From assembly GCA_015061695.1 (NCBI GenBank), contig SUWA01000003.1:65-64064 (forward strand): 64,000 bases of DNA, in the 5' to 3' direction. Under the pieces are notes generated by a model. It made no database searches. It was not told where the DNA came from and was given only the letters and a program-made list of their open reading frames with translations. The translations under genes were made by a program, and so were the position numbers. Positions 52,842 through 62,624 of this stretch are shown one piece after another (position 1 is the stretch's first letter; every line of letters starts with the position of its first letter). The stretch comes from Lentisphaerota bacterium. Its GTDB lineage: Bacteria > Verrucomicrobiota > Lentisphaeria > Victivallales > Victivallaceae.

Positions 52842-54884
52842 TCAATGGCAACCGCATTCGCAGCTGCCGCATTCGCAGCCGCAGCTGTCGCCGGCAAAGT
52901 GTTCGACGATCTTCTGCGCCACTTTTTCGGCGGTAAAGCCGAATTCTTCAGCCAGCACTTTGTAAGGAGCCGACGCGCCGAAGGTATCCAGACCGATGGT
53001 CAGACCTTCGCTGCCGACAAACTTGTGCCAGCCGAAGGTGCTGGCAGCTTCGATGGATACACGCAGATCGCATTCCGGCGGCAGCACTTCGTTCTGATAA
53101 GCCTTGCTCTGGGCCAGGAAGAGTTCCTGCGAAGGCATGGAAACAACGCGCACACCGATTTCCTGGGCGCGGAACATTTCCGCAACCTTCAGTGCCAAAC
53201 CGACTTCAGAACCGGTAGCGATCAGCAGCAGCGAGAAGTTTTCGTCATCGCTGACAACATAAGCACCTTTGCTGACATCCACCTTCTTGGCCATTTCTTC
53301 CTCAAACGCATCCAGATTCTGACGGGTCAGCAGCAGCGCCACCGGGCCATCGGCCTGCAATGCGGCGGCCCAGGCTCCGGCGACTTCGTGCGATTCAGCC
53401 GGACGGATCACGGTAACACCGGGGATGCTGCGCAGCATGGCAATCTGTTCGATCGGTTCGTGGGTCGGGCCATCTTCGCCGACATAGAAGCTGTCGTGAG
53501 TGAAAATGTAGATCTGATGCAATTTCTGCAGTGCCGCCAGACGGATGGCCGGCTTCATGTAATCGCTGAAGACAAAGAAGGTCGAGCTGTAGGGGATCGC
53601 CGCACCAAAGAGAGCAATACCGTTGGCCGCCATCCCCATACCCAGTTCGCGCACACCAAAGTGCAAGTTGCGGCCGGCGCGGTCAGCCGGACCGAAATCG
53701 CCGCCGACTTTAACGTTGGATTTGGTCGAGGGCGCCAGGTCAGCCGCACCACCCCACAACGCAGGCACCAGTTCGGCAGCCTTCTGCAGCACGGTACCGC
53801 TGGAGGCACGGCTGGCGGTGGGCTTATCCACCGGAGCGACCTTGAGCAATTCTTCCAGCAGGTTTTCCGGAACGCTCTTGTTCAGATATTTGGCAATGAG
53901 TTCGGCTTTATCGGCATTGGCGCGGATAAATTCAGCATATTTTGCTTCCCACGCGGCGGCGGCAGCCTTGACTTCGGCCACGCGTTCATCGCAGAAAGCG
54001 CGCACATCGTCAGCCACAAAGAAGGTTTCGGCGGGCAGCCCCAGATTGGCTTTCATCGCCGCAACTTCGTCGTCACCGAGCGGTTCGCCGTGAACGCCGG
54101 AAGTACCCTGCTTATTGGGTGCGCCATAACCGATAGTGGTTTTGCCGATAATCAGAGTCGGGCGGCCGTCGGATTTCTGCGCTTCGGCCAGCACGGCATC
54201 GCACTTGGCAACATCGTTGGCATTGTCGCAGTAAAGCACGCGCCAGTTGTAGGCTTCAAAACGCTTGCCGACATCTTCGGTAAAGGCCAGAGAAGTGTTG
54301 CCTTCGATGGTGATGTTGTTATCGTCGTAGAAGCAGATGATGTTGTCGAGTTTCTGATGGCCGGCCAGCGAAGCGGCTTCGCTGGTGGCGCCTTCCATCA
54401 TACAGCCGTCGCCGCAGATGATATAGATCTTGCTGTCCAGCAGGCCGGCTTCGTCCAGACCGGTGGTGGCAGCCAGATATTTAGCCGCCATGGCCATACC
54501 TACAGCACTGGCCAGACCGCTGCCCAGCGGACCGGTGGTGATATCCACACCGGCGGTGTGACCGAATTCCGGATGGCCGGGGGTCTTGCTGCCCCACTGA
54601 CGGAAGTTCTTGAGTTCTTCCATATCCAGACCGTAACCGAACAAATGCAGCAAGCTGTATTCAAGCATCGAACCGTGACCGGCGGAAAGCACAAAACGGT
54701 CGCGGGCAAACCAGGCCGGATTGGCCGGATTGAAGCGCAGGTATTTACTGAAAAGCGTTACAGCAAAGTCGGCGTTGCCCATGGGCATACCCGGGTGGCC
54801 GGACTTGGCTTTCTGAATGGCATCTGCGCTCAAAGCGCGGATGGTGTTGGCGGTACGAGCGGCAATTTCTGCATTCCAACTCAT
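52842..54884 (-). CDS. tkt: Transketolase, with an unusual Cys-rich C-terminal tail
   Basis: ORF trimmed to ATG 54884 (MSWNAEIAARTANTIR). Motifs SGHPGMPMG, GDGCMMEG and HDSFYVGEDGPTHEP. Ends ..EHFAGDSCGCECGSCECGCH. Confidence 0.93.
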   Translation of the reverse strand: MSWNAEIAARTANTIRALSADAIQKAKSGHPGMPMGNADFAVTLFSKYLRFNPANPAWFARDRFVLSAGHGSMLEYSLLHLFGYGLDMEELKNFRQWGSKTPGHPEFGHTAGVDITTGPLGSGLASAVGMAMAAKYLAATTGLDEAGLLDSKIYIICGDGCMMEGATSEAASLAGHQKLDNIICFYDDNNITIEGNTSLAFTEDVGKRFEAYNWRVLYCDNANDVAKCDAVLAEAQKSDGRPTLIIGKTTIGYGAPNKQGTSGVHGEPLGDDEVAAMKANLGLPAETFFVADDVRAFCDERVAEVKAAAAAWEAKYAEFIRANADKAELIAKYLNKSVPENLLEELLKVAPVDKPTASRASSGTVLQKAAELVPALWGGAADLAPSTKSNVKVGGDFGPADRAGRNLHFGVRELGMGMAANGIALFGAAIPYSSTFFVFSDYMKPAIRLAALQKLHQIYIFTHDSFYVGEDGPTHEPIEQIAMLRSIPGVTVIRPAESHEVAGAWAAALQADGPVALLLTRQNLDAFEEEMAKKVDVSKGAYVVSDDENFSLLLIATGSEVGLALKVAEMFRAQEIGVRVVSMPSQELFLAQSKAYQNEVLPPECDLRVSIEAASTFGWHKFVGSEGLTIGLDTFGASAPYKVLAEEFGFTAEKVAQKIVEHFAGDSCGCECGSCECGCH

Positions 54885-55027
54885 AGCATGAACCTTTCTT
54901 TGATTTTTTTTCAGTTTTATACTGGAAATTTTTATAAAAACAGCTAAATTGTAATTAACGCGTTTTAATTTACCATTTAAAGCGCTAAAAAGCAATTTTT
55001 TAATGACATTTTTGTACAATTTTAGAT

Positions 55028-56059
55028 ATGAGCGAGCGATTTATCACTTCTACATTGAACCGTAAAGACGGCAGCAGCGACAATCTGCTGCGTCCGTCGC
55101 GTTTTGCCGACTTCCCCGGACAGGACGATGCCAAGGATCTGTTGGAGCTTATGGTGCGGGCTGCGGCCGGCCGCAATGAGCCGTTGGAGCATATCCTGCT
55201 TTCCGGCCCGCCCGGTCTGGGCAAAACCAGTCTGGCCTACATTATTGCCAACGAAAAAGAGTGTACGCTCAAAAGTTCCAGCGGCCCGGCCATCGAAAAA
55301 CCCGGCGATCTGGCCGGATTGCTCACCAGTTTGAGCGAAGGCGATATACTTTTTATCGACGAGATCCACCGTCTCAACCCGGTGGTGGAAGAGTATCTCT
55401 ACAGCGCGATGGAAGATTTTTTTATCGACATTGTGCTGGAACAGGGTCCCGGGGCGCGGTCGGTGCGTTTGAACATACCGCATTTTACGCTGCTGGGTGC
55501 AACCACGCGGCAGGGAATGCTTTCGGCCCCGTTGCGTTCGCGTTTTGCGGTCAATGTCAGATTGGATTACTATGACGATACCAGTCTGGTGGAGATCATC
55601 AAACGCAGTGCCCGGATTCTGGAAACCGATATTGACGAAGATGGAGCCTTGGAGCTGGCCCGCCGCTGCCGCGGCACACCGCGTATTGCCAACAATCTTC
55701 TGCGCATGGCCCGCAACTATGCGCAGGTCAAAGCCGATTCGCAGATCACCGCCCAGGTGGCCGCCAAAGCTGTCAATATGTTGAAAATCGACCCCGACGG
55801 TCTGGATGATATAGACAACCGCATTCTTGAAGCGATCATCTGCAACTTCAACGGCGGCCCGGTGGGGGTCAAAAATATCTCGGTAACTGTCGGCGAAGAA
55901 GAAGGCACGCTCGAAGAAGTTTACGAGCCGTTCCTGATCCAGAAAGGTTATCTGGTCCGGACACCGCGCGGAAGAATTGCCACGCCCAAAGCCTATCAGA
56001 AACTGGGCATTGCCGGACGCAAAAGCAAAGACTCAAACGATCAAATGAATTTATTTTGA
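55028..56059 (+). CDS. ruvB: Holliday junction branch-migration helicase RuvB
   Basis: GPPGLGKTSLA (Walker A), FIDEIHRL, GATTRQG, RGTPRIANNLL. Confidence 0.95.
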   Translation: MSERFITSTLNRKDGSSDNLLRPSRFADFPGQDDAKDLLELMVRAAAGRNEPLEHILLSGPPGLGKTSLAYIIANEKECTLKSSSGPAIEKPGDLAGLLTSLSEGDILFIDEIHRLNPVVEEYLYSAMEDFFIDIVLEQGPGARSVRLNIPHFTLLGATTRQGMLSAPLRSRFAVNVRLDYYDDTSLVEIIKRSARILETDIDEDGALELARRCRGTPRIANNLLRMARNYAQVKADSQITAQVAAKAVNMLKIDPDGLDDIDNRILEAIICNFNGGPVGVKNISVTVGEEEGTLEEVYEPFLIQKGYLVRTPRGRIATPKAYQKLGIAGRKSKDSNDQMNLF

Positions 56060-56073
56060 AAGGCGATTGATTT

Positions 56074-56781
56074 ATGGCTGCAAGCTGGGTGGAAAAGTTG
56101 TTGAACTTGCAAAATCTGGATATGGAAATCAGAAATCTGAAACTGCGTCTGACCATGATCCCCAAAGAAGGCGAAAAACTCCAGCAGGAAATTGCCAAAA
56201 TCGAAAATAAAGTCAAACTCGCCAGAGCAAAAAAAGCCGAACACGAACTGGCTTATAAAAAGAACGAAGACGAAATCGCCGAACTCAACAGCAAGATCGA
56301 AAAACTCCAGCAGCAATCCGAACTGGTCAAAAAAAACACTGAATATCAGGCCATGCTCGGTTCGATCGCCATGCTGAAAAAATCGATCAGCGATCTGGAA
56401 ACCAGCCAGCTTGAGCTTATGGAAATGCTGGAAAAGGATAAAACAGCCATCCGCACCGCGTTGGAAAATGTCAAACCGTTGACTGCTCCTTTGCGCGAAG
56501 AATTGGCCGAACTCGCTGAACTTGCCGGTGAGGTCAAACGCCGCGGCCGCGAACTGCTGGCCAAGCGCCCGGAATTGCGCAATATGGTCGATGGCGAAAT
56601 TCTGCCCCGCTATGAACAAATATTGCAGAAAAACTCCGGGCAGCCGCTGGTCGCCGCCGAGGGCGACAAATGCGGCAACTGCCATTTGCGCCTTACTCCG
56701 CAAACCTTGAATCAGGCCCGCAGCGGCGCGATTTGTTTTTGCGATAACTGTATGCACATTATCTACATAGCGCAGGAATAA
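56074..56781 (+). CDS. Coiled-coil protein with C-terminal C4 zinc ribbon (COG1579-like)
   Basis: Long heptad-rich region, then CGNCHLRL..CFCDNC. Confidence 0.7.
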   Translation: MAASWVEKLLNLQNLDMEIRNLKLRLTMIPKEGEKLQQEIAKIENKVKLARAKKAEHELAYKKNEDEIAELNSKIEKLQQQSELVKKNTEYQAMLGSIAMLKKSISDLETSQLELMEMLEKDKTAIRTALENVKPLTAPLREELAELAELAGEVKRRGRELLAKRPELRNMVDGEILPRYEQILQKNSGQPLVAAEGDKCGNCHLRLTPQTLNQARSGAICFCDNCMHIIYIAQE

Positions 56782-56905
56782 ACTGCTCTTACAACGTTGT
56801 ATCCGGAAAAATTTTCTGTTTTTTTTACTTTTTTGCGGAAACAAAAGGAGATTTTTTGCGTCTGAATACATATTGACCAGAAATCACCATTTACCGGAGC
56901 AACTT

Positions 56906-57220
56906 ATGGAAAACCAGACCGGACTTTGTTATTGCGAACTGCCGGAAAATCAACTGGCAGAACTGTGCAAAGCCGGACACGAAGCCGCCTTTCAAGAGAT
57001 ATCCGACCGTTATTACCCGCGTTTGCTGGAAACCGCCGTTGCCATGCTGTTTTCGCACCAAAAAGCAGCCGAAGCAGTAGAAAAATCCCTGCAAAGCGCC
57101 CGAGATTCATTGCAGGAGTATCACAATGAATCACTATTTTTCACCTGGATATGCCGCCATTTGATCAAGTATATACTCAATAACTACGACCTCCCGGAAA
57201 AATCCGCACCGCATCAATAA
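56906..57220 (+). CDS. Small sigma-70 region-2-like protein lacking region 4
   Basis: ORF 56873 (TTG) trimmed to ATG 56906. AGHEAAFQEISDRYYPRLLETAVAMLFSHQKAAEAVEKSL..ESLFFTWICRHLIKYILN resembles ECF sigma region 2. The ORF ends after ~104 aa. Confidence 0.5.
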   Translation: MENQTGLCYCELPENQLAELCKAGHEAAFQEISDRYYPRLLETAVAMLFSHQKAAEAVEKSLQSARDSLQEYHNESLFFTWICRHLIKYILNNYDLPEKSAPHQ

Positions 57221-57278
57221 AAAAAATCTGCCCTCACCTTTCAGCAAGGACAGATCCGGCAAAAGCCAAAAAGCTTTT

Positions 57279-57686
57279 TCAGCGCATGGGGATGCCGCGG
57301 CCGTCGATATTGACCGTGCAAATTTCGATCAGCGCCCAAATTCCGGTAATTACGCCGCCGTAACCGCATGTAACAAGCGTAATGATCAGCTGGGCAACCC
57401 CGGCGCCGGTACGTCCGGCATAAAAGTTATGGATACCCAAGCCACCCAAAAACAGACCCAACAGAATATAAGCTACGCGGCTTTTGGGCGGAAAATTCTG
57501 GTAGGCCGGATACCCCGGCTGTTGAAATCCCGGCTGGGGAAATCCCTGCTGCGGAAAACCCTGTTGCGGAAAACCCTGCTGCATGGGCTGCTGCTGCATA
57601 GGCTGCGGAGCCGGAGCGGGAGCGCCGCAACTGGGACAAGTCGCTGCGCCTTGCGGAATCGGATTATTGCAATACTGACAATTCAT
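57279..57686 (-). CDS. Zinc-ribbon / Q-P-G-rich linker / TM2-domain membrane protein
   Basis: N-terminal CQYC..CPSC. Linker of (QQGFP) repeats. TM2 signature LGGLGIHNFYAGRTG. Confidence 0.8.
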   Translation of the reverse strand: MNCQYCNNPIPQGAATCPSCGAPAPAPQPMQQQPMQQGFPQQGFPQQGFPQPGFQQPGYPAYQNFPPKSRVAYILLGLFLGGLGIHNFYAGRTGAGVAQLIITLVTCGYGGVITGIWALIEICTVNIDGRGIPMR

Positions 57687-57762
57687 TTTTTACCCCTTTT
57701 TTTGTAATTTTTACCAAGAAATATACCGGAACGATTTTGATCATTCCGGTAAAACTGCTTTT

Positions 57763-58443
57763 TTAACGTAAACTTGTAACCATCTTACGCCGGAAGTCCA
57801 ACAAATTTCCGGCTTCTTCAACGCAAGCCAGAGCGGCATCCGGTGTTTCTGCGGCGTTGAGCTTGGCCAACGCACTCATGATATTGCCGTCAACTTCTTC
57901 CATTCCCGGCAGAGTATCAGCAGCATAACGGGCTTTTTCCTGCAAATCATTAACTTTTTTGGCCAATGCCCGGTCAGTTGTCAACCATTCTTTTTTCAGC
58001 TGCGCAAACTTGGCAACTTCAAGCGTAAACTGCTTGCGGTTGTTCAAAGCAGCTGCCTGCTGACCTTCAAAGTCTGCAACCGTACCGCGAGCCATGGTCG
58101 CAACAATATGCAGCACCACCGCCGCCAGCAAACCCAGCAAGTGCCAGATGCGCAACGAAAGTTCCGAAGCATCCAGTGCAAATGGCAGCAGCATGATAAA
58201 TGCAAATATCATATACCCCGTGCTTATAACCGAGTGGGTCAGTGTCAACGGAAACAGACGGCCTTCAGTTTTGCTCAACCCCATGCAGCTGCCGCCCAGC
58301 ATCAATTCGCCCAGCAGCAAAGCACCGACCGTGTAAACAAACGCTTCATCACGCACATAGTTTACCCACAGCATGACCGCCAGAGTAACCGCCATGCAAA
58401 GCAGCGTAATGATCCCGACCCAAATCCTATTTTTGGAAAACAT
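57763..58443 (-). CDS. Hypothetical 4-TM membrane protein with cytoplasmic coiled-coil tail
   Basis: 226 aa with four hydrophobic segments, then a helical charged C-terminal ~100 aa. Lies 18 nt downstream of the SPFH gene. Confidence 0.6.
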   Translation of the reverse strand: MFSKNRIWVGIITLLCMAVTLAVMLWVNYVRDEAFVYTVGALLLGELMLGGSCMGLSKTEGRLFPLTLTHSVISTGYMIFAFIMLLPFALDASELSLRIWHLLGLLAAVVLHIVATMARGTVADFEGQQAAALNNRKQFTLEVAKFAQLKKEWLTTDRALAKKVNDLQEKARYAADTLPGMEEVDGNIMSALAKLNAAETPDAALACVEEAGNLLDFRRKMVTSLR

Positions 58444-58461
58444 AACTTATCCCCTTTTTAT

Positions 58462-59751
58462 TCAGTTGATTCTGGTTCCGCACTGCGGACAAAATTTCTG
58501 ACCATTCTGCAGTTCAGCATTGCATCCCGGACAGGTTTGCACCATCTTGTGGCCGCAACTGCCGCAGAACTTCATATTTGCGGCAACATCTGCACCGCAG
58601 CCGGGGCATTTTACCGGGAACGGATGACCGCAACGGCAGCAGGTAACACTGCCTTCCGGATTATCCGCACCGCACTGCGGACAACTGTTGACCCGATCCC
58701 CGCAATGCGGGCAGAAATTCTGACCGGCAGGAATCATTTTACCGCATTTGTCGCAAGCGGTTCCGGCGGGTGCCTTCATGGAATGGCCGCAACCGGGGCA
58801 GAACGCAGCATCAGCGTCAACTTCGTGGTTGCAAGCCGGACACTTCACAGTCGGCGGCGGAGGAGGCGCTTGAGTATTCATCATATTATTCATCATATTG
58901 CCCATCATTCCCCCCATGGGCATACCCATACCGACACCCATGCCCATACCGACACCGGCATTGAGCATACTGCCATTGCCGGTATTGCCGGCGGCAGTTT
59001 CCAGTGTATCAAACGAGCGCTTCTGCTGATAATTGTAACCTACGATGTCCATTTCCGCCTTGGTCGCCAGCGCCTGACGGATCTTTTTGACCGCCATATC
59101 TTCTTCATCAGTCGAAATGGAATTGACCGTAAAGTTGACGATCCTCATACCGTATTCGGCCAATTCAATCGAAATCTGTTCTTCCAGCGCGTCAGAAATA
59201 TCGTTGAGATATGCCGACATCTGAAGCACCGAAATACCCTTCTGAACCAGATATTTGGCGATCAAATCCTTGCTGCGGGTAACAATAATACCTTTGAAGT
59301 AGCTCGAAAGAGTCTTTTCGGTAAAAGCCGGGATCATCCCCACCATTTTGATCAGGAAACGGCTGGTATCTTCCACCACCAGGCCATACTGACCGAATGC
59401 ACGCACCGGCAGCATGATGTTGTATTTGGGGTCTTCCACCTGAATACTGCCGGCAGTCCCCCACTTGATATCCAGCTTGAACGCTTTGGAAATAAACCAA
59501 ACTTCGGCCCGGAACATGGATGCTCCGCCGGTAGCCATCTTGATGATCGATTTCAACACCGGGTAATTACCGGTATTCAATACATGACGCCCCGGCCCGA
59601 AAGGACCTACAGCCTGACCGGAACTGAACAGAATCGCTTCCTGACCTTCGGATACGATCAGCTGGCTTTTATTGTTCAATTCGCTGTTCGGAAACTTCCA
59701 AGCAAACACCCCCGGTGCCGGCTCCCAGAATGCAACATCTATGATTGCCAT
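58462..59751 (-). CDS. SPFH/band-7-like (COG4260, YdjI-like) protein with a Met/Gly-rich linker and five C-terminal zinc-ribbon (CxxC..CxxC) units
   Basis: N-terminal ~270 aa is SPFH-like (IVSEGQEAILFSSGQ..RAEVWFISK..). Linker GVGMGMGVGMGMPMGGMMGNMMNNMMN. Then five CxxC-N(8-13)-CxxC units. Confidence 0.75.
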   Translation of the reverse strand: MAIIDVAFWEPAPGVFAWKFPNSELNNKSQLIVSEGQEAILFSSGQAVGPFGPGRHVLNTGNYPVLKSIIKMATGGASMFRAEVWFISKAFKLDIKWGTAGSIQVEDPKYNIMLPVRAFGQYGLVVEDTSRFLIKMVGMIPAFTEKTLSSYFKGIIVTRSKDLIAKYLVQKGISVLQMSAYLNDISDALEEQISIELAEYGMRIVNFTVNSISTDEEDMAVKKIRQALATKAEMDIVGYNYQQKRSFDTLETAAGNTGNGSMLNAGVGMGMGVGMGMPMGGMMGNMMNNMMNTQAPPPPPTVKCPACNHEVDADAAFCPGCGHSMKAPAGTACDKCGKMIPAGQNFCPHCGDRVNSCPQCGADNPEGSVTCCRCGHPFPVKCPGCGADVAANMKFCGSCGHKMVQTCPGCNAELQNGQKFCPQCGTRIN

Positions 59752-59895
59752 TTTCTCACCCTTTTGATATGTAAGTGAAACCCAATAAGAACTTTCTTAC
59801 CATCCCCGCACAATTTTGCACGGCCCTTTCATTTACCGGCAGGATACTCTTTTTCAGGTATCTTTTTCTACCGGATCATATTACAGCAATTCTGT

Positions 59896-59923
59896 AATAT
59901 AACACATCTTAACTCTTTTGCAA
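59896..59923 (-). promoter_or_regulatory. Putative promoter of the SPFH operon, overlapped by a palindrome
   Basis: On the minus strand: TTGCAA, 16-nt spacer, TATATT. Inverted repeat ATTACAG-N5-CTGTAAT (about 59878-59900) overlaps the -10/+1 region. Confidence 0.5.
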
Positions 59924-60112
59924 GTCTTTTTTTTCAATAAATTACAGACTTATGTCCCCTCCTTATATTACGGATTCAACCAGCTCTTTTATTATCCTGA
60001 CTACTTGTTTTTTTAATTTCAAGCTCCTTTTGCGGTATGCTTTACCATTATAGACGATAAATAATATAGAATCTTACACAATATTTGAAAAAATTTTCCG
60101 TTTTTTTATATC

Positions 60113-60163
60113 CGCATAAAAAAAACAGGCTGCTGTCAGGTTTTTATACCCGGCAGCAACCTG
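60113..60163 (-). terminator. Rho-independent terminator after pheT
   Basis: Minus strand: CAGGTTGCTGCCGGG / CCTGACAGCAGCCTG imperfect hairpin followed by T8. Confidence 0.7.
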
Positions 60164-60195
60164 CAGAATAATGATAAACTTACGCGTCTTTACGG

Positions 60196-62598
60196 TCAGC
60201 GCAGTTCCACCTTCAGATCGGCGGCCAGACGGTCGCGCAGTTTGGTGTAGGCTTTATTGACTTCGTCATCGGTCAGAGTCCGGTCAGTTGCGCGGAAAGT
60301 AAAACGGTAGGCCGCACTTTCCTTGCCGGCCCCCAGAGTCTGTTCGTTGGCGAACAGGTCAAAGAGTTCGATCTTTTCCAGATTTTTCAACCGGATGGAT
60401 TTGACAAATTTGACGATTTCAGCGTGAGTCAGGCTGGCCGGCTTGATGAACGCTACGTCGCGGGTGGTGGCCGGGAACGTGGAAACCGGGATCAGAAATT
60501 CCGGCAGCACCCGGGCCGACATCAGATTGGCCACTTCGATTTCAGCATAGAACACAGCATTGGATGTGCGCCATTTGCCGGTGTAACTCTTGGCCAGCTC
60601 GCCCAGCGCACCGGCACACTTGCCGTCGATGTAGAGCGCCAGACCTTTTTTGCCGGCAAAGCGGGCATCTTCCACGGGTTCAAAGTGCCAGTCAGCAATA
60701 CGGCGCATTTCGCACAAACTTTCCACCAGACCTTTGAGATCGTAAAAGTCATAGCATACAGCGGCTTCTTCCGAGTAGCGTTCCGGATGACGCGCACCGG
60801 TCAGCACCAGCGCCACGCTCTGACGTTCTTCGGGGAAAAGCGCACTGTTTTTGCAGAAACTGCGGCCGATTTCAAACAATCGCAACGAAAGATTGCGGCG
60901 CGAGATATTGCGTTCCACGCTTTCGAGCATTTCGCCCATCAGCGACGGGCGCAGCACCGCCAGATCCAAACTCATCGGGTTGCCGATCTTCATCAGATCA
61001 TCCGACGTAAAACGCGGGTCGCTCAAAGCCGAACTTTCTTTGACCATGCTGTAGTGCATACATTCAAAAAGCCCCAAACGCAGCAGTTCGTTGCGCAGCA
61101 GCTGGATGCGGTAATAGGTATCGTTGCGGATAGTATCGACCACCGTGGAGCGCACCCGAACTTCAGGAATATTGTCCAGACCGTTGATACGGGCCACTTC
61201 TTCGGCCAGGTCGGCTTCGCGGGTCAGATCCAACCGGAACAACGGCGCCGTAACCTTGCAGTCAGCTTCGGTTATATCATCGACTTTCAGCTCCAAGCGG
61301 CGCAGAATATCCACGATTTCATCGTTGCTCAAAGTTACCCCTACCAGCGAACGGATGCGGTCAAAACGGCAGTTGATGACCGGTTCTTCCGGACGCATGG
61401 AACTGACTTTGATAAGTTCAGTGGCAATGCTGCCGCCGGCAGTTTCCAATATCAACTGGGCGCAGCGGTCGGCAGCCCGGTCGCAACCGTCAAAATCCAC
61501 TCCGCGTTCATAGCGGTAACTGGCATCGGTGGAAAGACCGATCCGGCGGCTGGTGGCGCGGATATTCGAGGCGTCAAAAATGGCGCTTTCGATCAAAAGA
61601 TCGGTGGTATTTTCGCTGACCCCGGAATCTTCGCCGCCCATCACCCCGGCGATCGCCATGGGTTTGACCGCATCGCAGATGACCAGTGCGCGCTCATCAA
61701 GTTTGCGATCCACACCGTCAAGCGTTTTAATTATTTCGCCATTGACGGCACGGCGCACCACGATACGTTTGCCTTCGAGCTTATCCAGGTCAAACGCATG
61801 CAGCGGCTGACCGAGTTCCAGCATCACATAGTTGGTAACGTCCACCACGTTGTTGATGGGGCGCAAACCGGCACTGATCAGGCGTTCCTGCATCCAGTCG
61901 GGGCTGGGCTGGATCTTGACATTACGGATGATACGCGCACCGTAGCATTTGCACAGATCGGGCGCTTCGACTGTAACGAGGTTGTCGATCTTTTCCGGAT
62001 TTTCCACCGCCGGCAGTTTGATTTCCGGCATGATCAGCGAACTTTTTACCAGACAGGCCACGTCGCGGGCGATCCCGGTGTGCGAAAGCCAGTCCGGACG
62101 GTTGGGGGTCAGTTCCAACTCCAGCGTGGCATCACCGGGGAACAGATCGGCCACCGGCTTGCCCAATTCCAGATTTTCGTCCAATTCCAGCAAACCATCA
62201 TGCCCGCCGGGGACTCCGATTTCGTCCGCCGCGCACATCATACCGCAGGACTCTACCCCGCGCAGCTTGGAGCGCTTGATCTTGAACGAGCCTTCGGGCG
62301 TGTTGAAAACAGTGCCGATCTTCGCCAGCGGAACCACCTTGCCGGCATCGCAGTTGGGAGCGCCGCAAACCACCTGAATGGTATCAGTACCGTCAAAAAC
62401 CTGGCAGACCGACATGTGGTCGCTGTCCGGATGCGGTTTGCGTTCCATGATTTTGGCCACGACCACGCCGTCGGGAACTCCGGCAGCGGATTCAATACCT
62501 TCCACTTCGATCCCGGCCATGGTCAGTTTTTCGCACAACTCGGCCAGATCACAATCAATATTTACATAGCTTTTCAGCCAATTATAACCGATTTTCAT
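60196..62598 (-). CDS. pheT: Phenylalanine--tRNA ligase beta subunit
   Basis: 800 aa. N-terminal tRNA-binding domain (VVAKIMERKPHPDSDHMSVCQVFDG), B3/4, B5 and FDX-ACB regions in canonical order. Confidence 0.95.
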   Translation of the reverse strand: MKIGYNWLKSYVNIDCDLAELCEKLTMAGIEVEGIESAAGVPDGVVVAKIMERKPHPDSDHMSVCQVFDGTDTIQVVCGAPNCDAGKVVPLAKIGTVFNTPEGSFKIKRSKLRGVESCGMMCAADEIGVPGGHDGLLELDENLELGKPVADLFPGDATLELELTPNRPDWLSHTGIARDVACLVKSSLIMPEIKLPAVENPEKIDNLVTVEAPDLCKCYGARIIRNVKIQPSPDWMQERLISAGLRPINNVVDVTNYVMLELGQPLHAFDLDKLEGKRIVVRRAVNGEIIKTLDGVDRKLDERALVICDAVKPMAIAGVMGGEDSGVSENTTDLLIESAIFDASNIRATSRRIGLSTDASYRYERGVDFDGCDRAADRCAQLILETAGGSIATELIKVSSMRPEEPVINCRFDRIRSLVGVTLSNDEIVDILRRLELKVDDITEADCKVTAPLFRLDLTREADLAEEVARINGLDNIPEVRVRSTVVDTIRNDTYYRIQLLRNELLRLGLFECMHYSMVKESSALSDPRFTSDDLMKIGNPMSLDLAVLRPSLMGEMLESVERNISRRNLSLRLFEIGRSFCKNSALFPEERQSVALVLTGARHPERYSEEAAVCYDFYDLKGLVESLCEMRRIADWHFEPVEDARFAGKKGLALYIDGKCAGALGELAKSYTGKWRTSNAVFYAEIEVANLMSARVLPEFLIPVSTFPATTRDVAFIKPASLTHAEIVKFVKSIRLKNLEKIELFDLFANEQTLGAGKESAAYRFTFRATDRTLTDDEVNKAYTKLRDRLAADLKVELR

Positions 62599-62624
62599 AT
62601 TCTTACCTCTTTACACGATACAGA

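Noticed and set aside
57279-59751. SPFH/zinc-ribbon/TM2 operon as an anti-phage defence system.
   Set aside because: No nuclease, NTPase, TIR/SIR2, protease or other effector-type domain is recognisable. The flanks are housekeeping genes (ruvB, pheST) rather than a defence island. A membrane-organisation or stress role is the more conservative reading.
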